This document shows, one piece after another, positions 22,780 to 35,330 of a DNA stretch of 37,656 nucleotides (positions are counted from its first letter, which is position 1; every line of letters starts with the position of its first letter). The notes beneath the pieces are model-generated. The model saw nothing but the letters and a program-made list of their open reading frames with translations, did not search any database and was not told the DNA's origin. This stretch comes from Octopus sinensis (Eukaryota): the NCBI RefSeq assembly GCF_006345805.1, contig NW_021835487.1, forward strand, positions 1-37,656, in the 5' to 3' direction. The translations under genes were made by a program, and so were the position numbers.

Positions 22780-24109
22780 ATGGACAATACTCAAGAAGTA
22801 AAAAAATTAATTGCAAGTAGCTTCGACGTTGTTTGGCAGAACATCAGTGATCAATTTCAATCTCTATCTCGTGTAGTATGTAATGTATTTAAATCGAGTT
22901 TTTAATAATTCAATTTAGAATATTGCTGCTTTGTATAACAAAGATGAGATTCCAAATAATTTTAACAATAAAGAGAGAGATGAAGTTATTTTAGGACATC
23001 CTTTCATTACTGAAGCCATACATAAACCATTTATTGGTATTTCCCAAGTTTCGTTTGGAGAACCATACACAAATTCTTCAAATATAAATTCAAACGATAA
23101 AGATTCAGGTTTTAAGCATTTTATTGTATATTCCTCATATAGAAGTTCATTCTAAAACAACAAATGTATTACAATCATCTGTCCTCGAAAACATAAATAA
23201 ATCTAGCGATTTACAGGAGAATATTATAACTTTCCATAATGAATCCGACATTGAGAGCGAAAACTTTTCAGAAGAAATAGAAAGAAGTAATTTTTATTTT
23301 GTATAGTATACTAGAACTTATAACCTGTGTATTTGATAAAATATCCAACGCACACATATATTCACATCCTAATGTTAACGGAAAAATCAGTAAACAATAA
23401 AATAATGATTTTAGTTGTACCTGAACCCGCCCCTCCTGGAGTTCGAAGGTCCTCAAGAATAAAAATATCTGGCCGCGATCACATTATTGGAGAAAGAATT
23501 ATCTATGATAAAAAATCAGGAAATATTAGAGGACTTGAAATAAACAAATTAAATTGTATTATCTTTAAAAATATTTTTAGACAAATCAAAACTAACGAAA
23601 AAATCTAACAGAAGGCAAATTAGACCGGATTTTACAATTTGTCAAAAAGAAGACGTTAAAAAACGTAGCTGTCTTCAAAAACATAATAATAAAATAGAAT
23701 GCATTGGATTAGCAAATGCAACTGTGTACGACCATGGAAATTACTTCACAGAAACAAGATATCAAAATACAGAAAATGAAGATAAAAATCAAACAAAATT
23801 ACAATGCGGTGAAATAATACTGAAATCCAAATCGCTAAAACCAATGATCTTTTTGCAAAATTCGAAAATAGTAACAGTACAAACAAAATTAAATTTAGAT
23901 CTTTATTGTACGCAGCGGACTAATTAGTGTGGTTATAAATAATTCTTCTGAACGTAAACTAAAATGCGGAGACTATTTTGTTGTTCCTACAAGTTTGAAA
24001 TAATAAATTGCAATAAATTTTAGAAAATTGGTATTCAATAAAAAATATGAAGAAATATCCCGCTAGAATCTATTTTATTGTCATTGGGGATGAACAATTG
24101 AATCTTTAG
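22780..24109 (+). CDS. CENPC: Centromere protein C (CENP-C/Mif2) homologue, compact, multi-exon
   Basis: CENP-C-motif-like GVRRSSRIKISGRDHIIGERIIY. C-terminal cupin GEIILKSKSLKP...IFIVRSG...GDYFVVPT/KNWYSIKN aligns by eye with the CENP-C cupin (GDSFYVPSGNYYNIKN). Confidence 0.8.
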
Positions 24110-24318
24110 TTTTCTGATTATTAATTAGTATACTTAAAAATTAATTCATTTTCAAAATAAAAAAAATTTCTTTTGGTTCCATCTAAGGATATATTAAATA
24201 TAAAATTTTTTCGCAGTAAAAGAATCAGTATAAAACAATCACATTTTTTCAATCGAACTCTCGAATAATACTTATTGCGTTATTTCTAAGAAGTTTTCCC
24301 GTTGTCTTCGAGACAAGG

Positions 24319-24514
24319 AAACTGATCTTCTTGACGGAGTACGGCGTCTGCGTCTTCATAAGACGGAATGTCTTTACCAAAATAAATAAAAACTGATCTT
24401 CTTGACGGAGTACGGCGTCAGCGTCTTCATAAGACAGAATGTTTTTACCAAAATAAATAAAAACTGATCTTCTTGACGGAGTACGGCGTCTGCGTCTTCA
24501 TAAGACGGAATGTC
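24319..24514. repeat. 71-nt tandem repeat, about 2.75 copies
   Basis: ACTGATCTTCTTGACGGAGTACGGCGTC... starts at 24321, 24392 and 24463 with only a few substitutions. Confidence 0.95.
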
Positions 24515-26505
24515 GCGATTTCAACATATTTTTCCTTATCATTTAAATTACTTGAGAACAAATTATTAACTTTCTAGCATTCGTATTTCTTTTGAAATAT
24601 CAGTCGTTAAGTCATTAAAATCAAGATTAACTTTTCGCTAAAGAAGATTTTTAATTAAGAATTTAGAAATTTTGCTATAAGCTGCAATTGCTTAACTGAA
24701 ATTGGATTCCTCTTTGTTTCTATTCACGTTTTTACAAAAGAAATACTGTTCTGGGTAACCTTTTCTAATTCAAAAAGTGTAAGTTGAGCATGGCTGGATT
24801 AAGTTTTTTCTACCGGGGACTTTTCTGAATCGAAATAATGTACAGATTTGCGAATTTCATTTAACATCTGTTTTGATCACCCTAACCACCGCGGCTATCT
24901 TGTCGACCAAAAAAACTCTACAATATTTTATTATCGTCCTAATCATATCAACGTTTTTAAAATTTTATTAACATTAAATGACGAATAGGGTGTCCAATAT
25001 TTGTCATACCCTGCATTTTTTGATCATAAACGTTTTTATCAATAAAATTATTGTTACTATTGTTAATTTTTGTATATTCTTAACCAGAGAAAAATTTGTT
25101 AATGAAAAGCTTCAATTAAAGATTAAGAAGAAAAATCATTTTGCGATATATAAAGTACTTGGCTGTTCTTGCAGAAAATTGCAATCGAAATTCACAATTT
25201 GTTTCCAACAAATTCAAATTCTAGACACATCTGATTTACATTAAGAATCTTCAGATGGAAATGAAATTCTTCATAAACGAAAATGGTCAATGTCAGATAG
25301 AATTGTTCTATTAATTAAACTTCTTTATTAATATTTATAACGATTAGCCATCAATGTGATTTAAACATGAAGCAAAGAAAATTTAGACTCACTAAGAATC
25401 TCGTCTTAATTTATTGAGGTATGAGGGGGTGATTAAAAACGTAGCATTATTCTGACATTTTTTTAAAACCTTTTTATTTCTCGATTATTATTATGAATAT
25501 CGGAATTAAATCTACTAAAATCATATCTATTTTTATATCAAATTAAAGTGGAAAATAAATTTATAATTTTAAATTTCTTCTTATTGTTTTGATGACATAT
25601 TAGTGATGCCTGAAAGGACATGTGAAATTATAATTGTTCTTTCTCAAATGTCAGGTGTTAGCTTATGTCAATGTCATAACATTATTCACAATCAATTCAT
25701 TTAAAATGTTTTTCATAAATGTTCCTGGGATTTGACAGTTAACTTTAAGCACCTATATACGCTAAAATTTGAATGTTGTGTCTTATTGGATAGGTAAATA
25801 AACTAATAGATTTAAAACGGCATTGTCTAGTTATTTTTAAATAGTTTTAGTTATTTTTATTTTTAAATAGAATAAATAGTTTTAGTTTAACAAAATTAAT
25901 GAATATTCGGTAAAATGAGACAAATTTATTCTATTTAAGCTTTTTAATCCGTTTAACGTGTACAATGCTTACTTCAATTTTTATGAATTAAGAAACAGCA
26001 TATCAATTTTTACTAATCAGGCATGGACTTGTTAATATACTAATTATCACTGGTATTAAATTACAAACGGGAATTAATTAATTCTTTAAATTAAAAAGTA
26101 ATAAATTCAAATATTTAGTAGATATTATGATAAAGACAGAAAGACAACTGAAGATATAAATTTGACTATTAACATTTTTTTAGAAATGGACTTAAATGAT
26201 TTAGAATTATAATATATATTTGCTATTTCGTTCTTTATATCAAGTTAAAAAATTCAAGATCAATTCAGTCGTTCCAGAATTTTTTAAGCCACTTACCTTA
26301 GCTAGCATTTAACTTTTTTCTGGTCCTGTAATATTTGTTGAAATATATTATCTACATGTTTTAAAATCTGTTATCTAAATACACACGCGATTTTCCCAAA
26401 GATCTATTTGTAAAAGGCATAAGAGCAAATAATTTAGCAAAAATGCTTATTTCTACCTTTTAATTTTAAACAATCCGAAACTAAATTTTAACTAATTTAA
26501 ACAAA

Positions 26506-29500
26506 CTAACAAAATTTATTTAAATGATTAACAATTTCGACAAAAGTTTCATAATTAAGGTCGGAAGAACTAATTAATAAAGTTATATATTTCAAACCTA
26601 ATATTGGAAGATTCAATGAAATTATTTAACATAGAAGAAGCTTCCTGTGTTTCATTTTTTTTGTTATTAAACTCTTTGAAGTTTATAAGCTAAAATTATA
26701 TTTAAATAATATGGATAACAACCTGCCTTTTCAAAACCCGTAATAAAGATGTCTGTTTTTCTACATTTAATTTTTCTAAAGAGATCCGAATGCTGTCCTA
26801 TTTTTATAATGCATATGATAAAAAACAATTATTGAAGTTTCAAGTAAATAATTCCCTCCGTTAATATAGATGTCTGAAACCATAACAAGCAATTTTAAAG
26901 CCTTGTTAGTTATATTTCGGTCACCATGAGACAACTATAAAATTTAATTCAGGATTAATACCATAATTAATAAATAAGGCATTATATTAGGTAATAGTAT
27001 ATTTAGCTGAAGAAATTTTTCGGCCCTCTTAACATATTCCCCTTTTGATGCACTATTTTTTCTCTTTGTGAAGTAAAAATTATTAAATACTTTAGCTTCG
27101 ATAGCTTTTTGAATAATTGCTGTAATTCTTTTAATTATAGAATTAATCAAATCAAGAGTTATATTTGTTGCTTTCAAAATCAATTGTGGGTCATGATTTG
27201 GTGTTCGAATAATTTCTGTTAGTTCCGAAGTTTTTTGAATCAAAAGCGATATAATTCCTATAATTTATGAGATAATTTTTTAAGAGTAACCATGAGAATA
27301 CCAGTTTTCTAATTTTGTACTTTCTTTAGAAAAAATTCGAGATATAATGTCATAGCTAATAAATAGAAAAGTGCATGTAGGGGGATATATCGATTTCTTT
27401 AAATATACATAAAAATTTTCCTTACGCTAAGATGTTGAATAAGTTGGTCAATAAAGTATGGGTTGTTTATTTCACTAAAAATGTAAATAACTAATTACAT
27501 AATTTTTTCTGGATTTAGTAAGAGTACTACTTGGGACAATTTTACAAAATAAATAGGCAGAGGATGTTGTTCAAGTAGAAATCCAATAACCCTATTAATG
27601 TTAGTAAAATTAAAACGCGTACTTGTTTAAAAACTCCATATTAAAAAATTCCAAAATTTTATTAATATTATTGGTCTTTTCTATTCGTAAATGTTGGTTG
27701 CTATGAAAGTAATTCCATATATTTATAAAAATGTCTTTAATGTATCGGAAAGCATTAAATTTCACGTTTTCTCGTGTAAAATAAAAATAATATACTTGAA
27801 GATGAATTTAGTAGTCCAATTAAAGCGGGAATTAAATGATCATTAACTATTTCAGGATTTGATAATAAAAGAATGGACTTTTGACATATTATTTCTATTA
27901 TGTTACAAAGGCAGTCCAAAAATATATCATAGTTGGTTTTACCTATGAGAATTATTTAAATTATATTAACCGAGTGGAATCTCTAATTTGTTATGTTTAT
28001 CGTTAAAATTGTGTATTTGATACAGGATTCTGCTTAAGTCTTTTAAAAAACATCTATTTAGTAGTTTTTCTGCCAATATCTATGAAATTTTATGAACTAA
28101 ATTGTACTTCGGAAGCTAGTAGATGAAGTAAAATTGAACAAGACGAAGCGTTTGATTTGCAAGTTAAATACGTAGCGGGGGTAGACTTTTTAGCGTTAGA
28201 GATTTCTTCTAAAGACTGGATAAGTTTCTCTAAAATTAATTCTTAGACTACAAACCGCAATAGACAGGAATTGCTTCCATAATTTTATTGAGAAATGTTT
28301 GAATGCTGTGATTAAGAAATATAATATGAGTATCTTTAATTTGTGAAGACATTTTTAAATTATTAATTTCACATTCAACTACTGTGATCAATCTTTTAAA
28401 TGATTAATATCACGAGGTTACTTTAACTGACAAAAATATTGAAGAGATTCAAAATCAACTTCAGCAAGATATGCCACAAACAGTAAAATTTTGGCTCGTA
28501 AAACAATACAAGAATTATCAAGCAATTTAGTCATCGATGAAATAAAATCCTGCAAATTAAAAAGTGTCAGTAAACTTTATCAAAATTTGGCCGACTTTTT
28601 TCTTTCCGAATAAGATTAATAAGACAATTTATTAAACATTTCTTTATTGAAATTGTGCCTTCCTGTATAACTTTATTCAATTCTATAATTCCGATTTTAT
28701 CTAATACGGATCGAAAAAGAATATGATTTACTGAACTCAATCTTGCCAATGCCTAAAATTTAACGTAATTTATAAACCATTGCAGCCATATATCGAGTTT
28801 TTTCATCCAAATTACCACTTAAAATATGCCATAACAGATTTCCTGTTTCTGAATTAGCCAAATTCTTATTAAATATTAAATAAAAACAGCTATACATTAA
28901 TTATTGACGATTTAAAAATTGAAATATTATAGAGGATCCGAATGCCAATTAAACAAATTTCAGTCTCATTCTAAGAGATAATAAAATATAAAATGAAACA
29001 ATATCTCGAAGAATTCGATTAATTATAGTTTGAGAATGAAAAATTGATTTTTTGAAGCTACATGATTCAAAATCAGTTTCCTACAAGTGTTATTAAATAA
29101 CTATATTTTTCTACTCTTGATAATATAAAATAAAAAGTTTGTCCCACGAGAGGAAGCAAAACCATTTTCAAACGACTATTTTTCATGTTGTTTATTATGT
29201 TTTCAGTGATTAAATTCAAAATCTTAAAAATTAACTAGAATTTTACATCAATGAAGATCTGATTCTTCTTAGAATTTTTCATATTGTTTAGATATAAAAT
29301 CAATGCCAAACCAACGTTCGAAATTTTTAGCTGACTAGCATTTCAAAATAATGAAATTTACGTTTCAAAATCATAGCTGGTGTTTAAAAATTCAATGAGA
29401 AGATCCACAATATTATTTGATAAAAACTCAAAACACAGCATAGGAGATATTTTTGACAAATGAAGGATATAATATAAACATTTGATAATTAAATCTGGTT

Positions 29501-31095
29501 TATTTGATTCAGTTTGAATCTGAGTAGATAAAAAATCTAGTATTTCCGTCACATAAATTCCGATATTTTCAGAGCTAAGTGATGAAATTTTGTCATCTAT
29601 ATTTTTGATTTGACAAAAGATACTTTTTAAAATTTCAAAAGTGAATGATTTTGAATCGAAATTTGGAATATTAATATTCTAAGAAAAATGATTTTGGTTA
29701 TTTATAACAATACTAATTCATTTATAAATGGTTCAATAGTCCACTCATCTGTACAAAATGTTGCATCTTCATTAGTTTTAAAAACAGGAGTAGAAAATGT
29801 ATTAATATCAGAGTCGGTAATATTTTCATCATGACTGCTAGCAAATTTCATTCTAAAAAATCTATTATTTATGTGTTAACATGGAGGATCGAATTGGACT
29901 GTTTTCACTAAGATTAGATTCGTTTGGATTTTCAGTGATTGATTTTCCCAAAGTTGCTGTAAGCACTAAATTGAAAAAATTATAGGTTATATACAACCTT
30001 GAGATGATGATTCAGACAATTGAGATAACGGTGTATGATATTTTGTATTTTCATTTTGGCTATTTCTAAATTTGATGCGATCATTGTTAAAATATTCGAT
30101 TAATTCACTTGAAGAAGGTCTTTAATGAAAATGAAGCAAAATACTCGAATACCTCTCAACGTCATTTAGATTGAAACATAAACTTAAAACTTTCAAGAAA
30201 AATTCAGAAATTTTTTTTGGGTTTCCGTCAACTTTAATAAGTAAAATTTAAAATACGGGAAAATATTTGAATCAAATTTTCATCATTTGGGAGTTTATTT
30301 TTCAATTCTTCAACATTTTCTGCATGAAATGGCAATTTTCCTTAATTTTCGTAATAAAATCAAATACCTAGTAGCATTTTATATATCAAAACAGCTAATG
30401 ACCAAATATCCGATTTTAAAACTTTGTCTTTTCCAAATATAGTTTCCGGAGCCACATATGGTAAAGTTTCTTGAATAAAATTATTTATTGAAATAATACC
30501 AGAATTTAATTCCTCCTCATAATTTCCTCCAAAAGATAATAAAATCTCTCTTAAATCTTCACCAATAATCATTGAAGTAGAAAAATCTGAAAATTTCAAT
30601 ACTCCATCAGCATCTAACATAATCTAAAAATTGTTTTTATTAATCAACGTTGACCTTAGAAGGAACCATGGGTCCAAAAAATATTTTGTTTTTGTGTAAA
30701 TATTCTAATCCAGATAAAAGATCCAAAGAAAAGTTAAAAGTCAACTCTTCAGGAAGAGGACCGTCTAGTTGCAACAAATTGTCAAAAGAACCTCCTGAAA
30801 GTTGATTAGTTTTAATGATGGCTCAACCTGCGCAAAGTTCGTTAATCATCCATAGATGATTTGAAGTTTCATACCATTCGTAAAATTTTAGTACATTGCA
30901 ATGATCCAGTTGATAAATAAGACGAACCTATTTTTGATGAATATTTCCATGTTTTACTTGATTTGTCACATAATGTCGCAACGATTTCTTTATGCAATTT
31001 ACTGTCAAAAAATCAAGCGTCCCTTTTTTTCTTCCTTTATAACTTAAGCATTTACAGTAATGTCCAATTTCTTCATACAAAACAAAGTTTTCCAT
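26506..31095 (-). CDS. ULK4: ULK4 (Unc-51-like pseudokinase 4) with a long ARM/HEAT-like C-terminal region; about 30 introns of roughly 24-39 nt
   Basis: The N-terminus MENFVLYEEIG...YKGRKKGT...FYEWYETSNHLW...GVLKFSDF closely matches ULK4 (MENFILYEEIG, WYETSNHLW, GTLKFSNF). My manual splice stays open to TAG at 26506; individual internal splice sites are approximate. Confidence 0.9.
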
Positions 31096-31113
31096 GCTTT
31101 GTATACAATAACA

Positions 31114-31127
31114 ATTCTCTTGGAAAC
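31114..31127. promoter_or_regulatory. Candidate X-box (RFX binding site) just upstream of the ULK4 ATG
   Basis: ATTCTCTTGGAAAC fits the relaxed X-box consensus RTHNYYWTRRNRAC and lies about 19 nt from the start codon. Confidence 0.35.
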
Positions 31128-31268
31128 AATAATTATATCAACTCTATAGTTGTTTATTAAATATATTAAAAATTCAGCAAACAAATTAATTTTTAATAAT
31201 TTATATTTTGATTAAAAAACAAAGGACTCAGCACAAAAACACGGATACGACTATACAATTCACTAGTG

Positions 31269-31500
31269 AAGCCTATACTCCTATATAATTCCGGAACTTG
31301 GGGACTTCCGCTACAGACAATGACAACCTAGAGTCTTTCTATAGAGATCACCTCCGACGTACTCTAGCCTCCAAGTGGCATTCAAGGCTGAGTAGCAGAA
31401 CAGTTTATGTCAGAACATCAAGCAAACCAATCTTGCTCGAAATTACCGAATGCAGATGGAGGCTGCTTGGAAACATTCTAAGGATGGATTTGGATGCACC
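31269..31500 (+). mobile_element. RTE-like LINE C-terminal fragment
   Basis: KPILLYNSGTWG...LESFYRDHLRR...CRWRLLGNILRMD, homologous to the C-terminal part of the 35331-37122 element. Confidence 0.65.
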
Positions 31501-31790
31501 GCAAAGACGTTTCCCGTCGTTCCGAAAGAGTCCAACAGGTTCCATTGTAGACGGGAATTCGGCGGAATGCAAAGCCCTCTTCATGACATCATTGAGAAGT
31601 GTATGGCGCGGGAAATGACCAGCACTCTTCTTGCATGAAAACGCGTGTAACCTGTTTTTTGAGATCATTGAACCATATCGACAGCGGTCGGTTGGCATAT
31701 GCCCAATCCCAGTCGCAAACACACGGTGATACAGACGGCTTCATCTTCCAGGAGCAAACTATTAGCCGCCAGTGGGAGAGCAGAGACTTT
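31501..31790 (-). mobile_element. CRE-like fragment (CCHC and start of the RLE)
   Basis: VCLRLGLGICQP, LHAFSCKKSAGHFPRHTLLNDVMKRAL...MEPVGLFRNDGKR. Confidence 0.7.
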
Positions 31791-31879
31791 CCTTGTTTAA
31801 GTATTATTTAATTAAACAAGAAAAGTGAGGGTTCAGGGAATCCTTCGATATCGCTGTAATGGACTAACAACTACGGAAA

Positions 31880-32100
31880 ACTTAAAGCACAAATTTTGTT
31901 GTAATCTTTCAGTGGCACAGCAAACTGCATATATTGCACTCACTTGAAAATGATGTTTCGCTTATTACAAAAAATCCCTTTTTGCGAAGTGTATCCAGAG
32001 CATTATGCCCAAAATGGTTTTTTTCGTGGATTTCTTCAGGAATGACTTTCATTTCTTCTGTGTTTGTTAGAGTTGATTAGTATTTCGATTAGTAACAAGT
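31880..32100 (-). pseudogene. Possible integrase H2C2 zinc-binding remnant (LTR retrotransposon or Ginger)
   Basis: EEIHEKNHFGHNA...RKKGF...ECNICS has HHCC spacing. Surrounding frames are broken. Confidence 0.35.
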
Positions 32101-33224
32101 GGTCATGGTTTACTTTTGGCTCGTTTTCACCCTCGGCTTTCGACATAATTAATATCTTATATAGCCTAAGTCATTTTCTCTTGAGGTTTTACAGTTTAAA
32201 ATTCTTTTAATATGTTATTAGCTAAATAAATTATCGTGAGCATTAGAAAATTACCAGTGCGATTTTATTATATATGTATCCAATTTATTATGAAGCGATT
32301 TTGAATTAACAAGACTCCCGAATTACTTGATGCCTCTCGCTCTATACCGTAAGATAGATCTTTTCTTAGTCGGTGTGGGATGTCATTTCTGTTACGCCTT
32401 CTTGTCAACAAATTTCCTAATTTCGATATAGTCTCTGAAACTGGCCACCATAAGGACAGAAAACTAAAAGAAAAGAAATTAAAGAAGTTTATGGATTATT
32501 TAATTTAATGCTTTATCCTCGCACTCGTTTCGGTGATAAATTACTAAAACTCATACTATATCAGAAAAATCAGGCTCCTCGTTTCGGAGAAGATAAATGA
32601 TTCAAGAAAATCTATTAGCTTTTATAAAAGGTCTGAACATCATTATAGAAAATGATTCTGGAATCCTTGAAGCGTTCCCTTTAATTAAAACAGATAATTA
32701 TTTTTTCGTTTTGATGTATTGATATTTTACCATGTAGACAATATATCTAGACAAAGTTTTAATTTCACAAAATGATCAATACCGCCTATATTCTATTATT
32801 AACCAACCATTGATTACTATAAATTTGCTATTAAATTAATAGATTTCAACTTACGGAGAATTAATCCTCGTGAGTATCCAAAACAGTCGTGCAATTATTA
32901 TTCAGATTAATTTACATTTAAATGTTAAAAATATTGAATACTACGAAGTGATTATTAATCTTATTAGAATGATGAATAGAAAAACTTTAAAGATTTAAAA
33001 AAATGTCAATTTCATGTCATTCCAGAATTTTTTATATAAAATATAAGTATCAAATAACTTTTTTCTTTTTAGCGGTCCGCTGTTTGATTGGAACTTTGGA
33101 TTTTTTATGACTATTGTTTACATCATCCCTCTTTTAATATAAATAATTAAATTTATTTAATTATATATGATTTAATAAAAACCTCAAGACATGCAATGTA
33201 AGTTTGTACCGATCTCTAAATCAA

Positions 33225-33530
33225 TTATACATCTAACAACAAATTACCCTTCTCATTAATCCAGAATTGCCGACAATTTCCTATAATAAAAAGTATACCG
33301 AAAATCTCTAAAACCTTTATTTCCTCTATTGGCCGTTCAGTGATTTTAAGTATTTTTACTAAATCGTCGATTACATCTATTTCGGGGACAGTATAAGAAA
33401 GGAAAGTTTCGACTCTGATTAAAGCATCTCTGAATTTGTAGTGTTCTTCCGATAAGTAATCACTTATCTTGTATTTCACCTTCTCGAAATCTGTCAACTC
33501 GGATGGATATACCCATTTACTGGGGAATTA
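33225..33530 (-). CDS. Unassigned coding-like segment (exon or TE remnant)
   Basis: About 100-codon open frame with protein-like composition. No clear start or family. Confidence 0.25.
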
Positions 33531-34399
33531 ATGAATTCGTAGGATTCTTACTATATTTGACTTCCAAGGTATCGTATGAGGACCTTATCTTTAATTACTC
33601 GAGTACCAATGATGGGTTTTATAATCTAATAATAAATAAACGAACATTATGGTGATTACTAACCTTGACTGGCCAAAAATTGTAGGGGGCGCTGTGGGAT
33701 ATCCTACAATAGGTGTTATTTTGGAAAGCTAATGGTGCGTTATTTTATAATAGTGAGATCAAATAAGCTATACCATTTCAAACTGCAAGACATTGTAGAT
33801 GAAGTAACAAATTGTTAAAAATTGTACTAACAATGGTTTCCGATTTAAAGAAAATTTTAATAACTAAAATAATTATAAAATTTTTAATATTCGTTGAAAA
33901 TTAAAAATACGTTTAAAATGCTTATATCACAGACAATTAGAAATGCAATAAACCTTTTTTCAAATAAAAGTTCTATATTTAGGTACTATTTAATCAGAAA
34001 AATTATTTTTTATGACTAAATTTTTATACAAGTAGTCATTTTCGCATGACGGTTCGTTATTTCGGAAAAAAGTTTTCCAATTTACACTAATAATGAAAAA
34101 CTAATAATTAGTGCATATATTGAGAAAAATTTTTACATAATAGTATTCTTTAAATAGTTATAAGAGATAACTAAAATCAGCTTTTTGTTTAGTTTCAGGT
34201 TTTTGTTTTTTAAAATATAACGGTATAGCTAACGTTAATAAAGTCACAATAGAGGAAATGGCCTTATTTTAAAATATTTAAACAATTTTTGCAATGACTA
34301 ATTTGATTGCAAGTAATGAATAGAATAACTTTCTAAATAATTATTGAATCAGTATAATCGCTTTATAATCACCTTGTTTTTCTAACTAAAACTCCCTCT

Positions 34400-34610
34400 G
34401 AATTCCACTCTCAACTGCAGTCTAAAGGGATTTTTTCGGGGGACTCCCGAAGGCTCGATAAAATAACGATATTTCTCTTCCAGAGGGGAAAGCATCGGGT
34501 CTGGGATCTCACGTGTGTAAACTCTTTTTACGCCCAAACATAAAAGCATCACTTGAAAGCTCTGGAGCCCCATCCGAATGGGCCGAAGGAAAAAAATGCG
34601 CGAAATATTT
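34400..34610 (+). mobile_element. CRE-like restriction-like endonuclease fragment
   Basis: DSRRLDKITIFLFQRGKHRVWDLTCVNS...SGAPSEWAEGKKCAKY, across frameshifts. Confidence 0.6.
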
Positions 34611-34829
34611 CTTTTGTTTTGTTAAACTACTTATGAAATCTCCAATGTCTGACAATGTTAGATGTCAATAATGGACTTTCAAATTGCAAAGGATCTCGTT
34701 ATGATGAGTTGTAATCTCTTTATAAAGAAATTCACCTCTGTCCATGTGAAGAAATAGCAAAAATTACAAACAATCAGTATACACCTAATGATTGGTTTTA
34801 TACTGAGATTAAATAAACACTTGATCCCG

Positions 34830-35260
34830 AAAAAAAGAGACTTGCGCAGACTGGATATATGCCCTCTTTCCTCCTTCAATAGATAACTTATTGAAAAACT
34901 TTGAGACAACTCCATCCTATGTTAAGAATACGGAATAATCTTTACCTTTGCTTCATAGACAACCGACAGTTCGTTTGCAAGCAGATCGTATTTGTGAAAT
35001 TTCTCTACTTCAACTTGTCTTTGAAGTAATGCACATTTCAATTAAAGTTATTTTTCTGTCATAATTGACGTTTCAACTCTGATTTCGACATTTTGTGTTG
35101 ACATTATTGACATGGCCGTGTCCTTTCAATTTTTTGATCCTTTTGATTCCATACATTTGACACAAATGAAGATAGATACATTTTACCACTTAATTATGTC
35201 TTTAAAGATAATCACTGTTTAGCATTATACCACACTACATATAGATCAGGGATTCTCTAC
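34830..35260 (-). mobile_element. Degenerate, internally deleted copy of the R4-like element's 3' region
   Basis: Clear nucleotide similarity to about 17225-17690 (e.g. GCTAAACAGTGATTATCT, AAATGTCGAAATCAGAGTTGA, CTGCTTGCAAACGAACTGTCGGTT). Confidence 0.8.
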
Positions 35261-35330
35261 CTTTTTAGCATGAAGGCCAAATCGATAATTAAAAGTTCAT
35301 TTCACTATATCTGAAATACAAGCAAAGCAT

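Noticed and set aside
24319-24514. CRISPR-like array
   Set aside because: The units are contiguous near-identical 71-mers with no unique spacers, there are no cas genes, and the context is eukaryotic.
24520-24900. Stop-codon reassignment suggested by protein-like minus-strand frames with in-frame TAA/TGA/TAG
   Set aside because: RFX, Zic, RPL32, CENP-C and ULK4 all read cleanly with the standard code once microintrons are removed. This stretch is better explained as decayed or non-coding.
24987-25012. Small palindrome AGGGTGTCC...CATACCCT as a MITE
   Set aside because: Too short, with no TSD or second copy in the window to support it.
34565-34590. Hairpin or ribozyme-like CCCATCCGAATGGG
   Set aside because: It lies inside CRE endonuclease coding remnant (SGAPSEWAEG) and has no hammerhead core.
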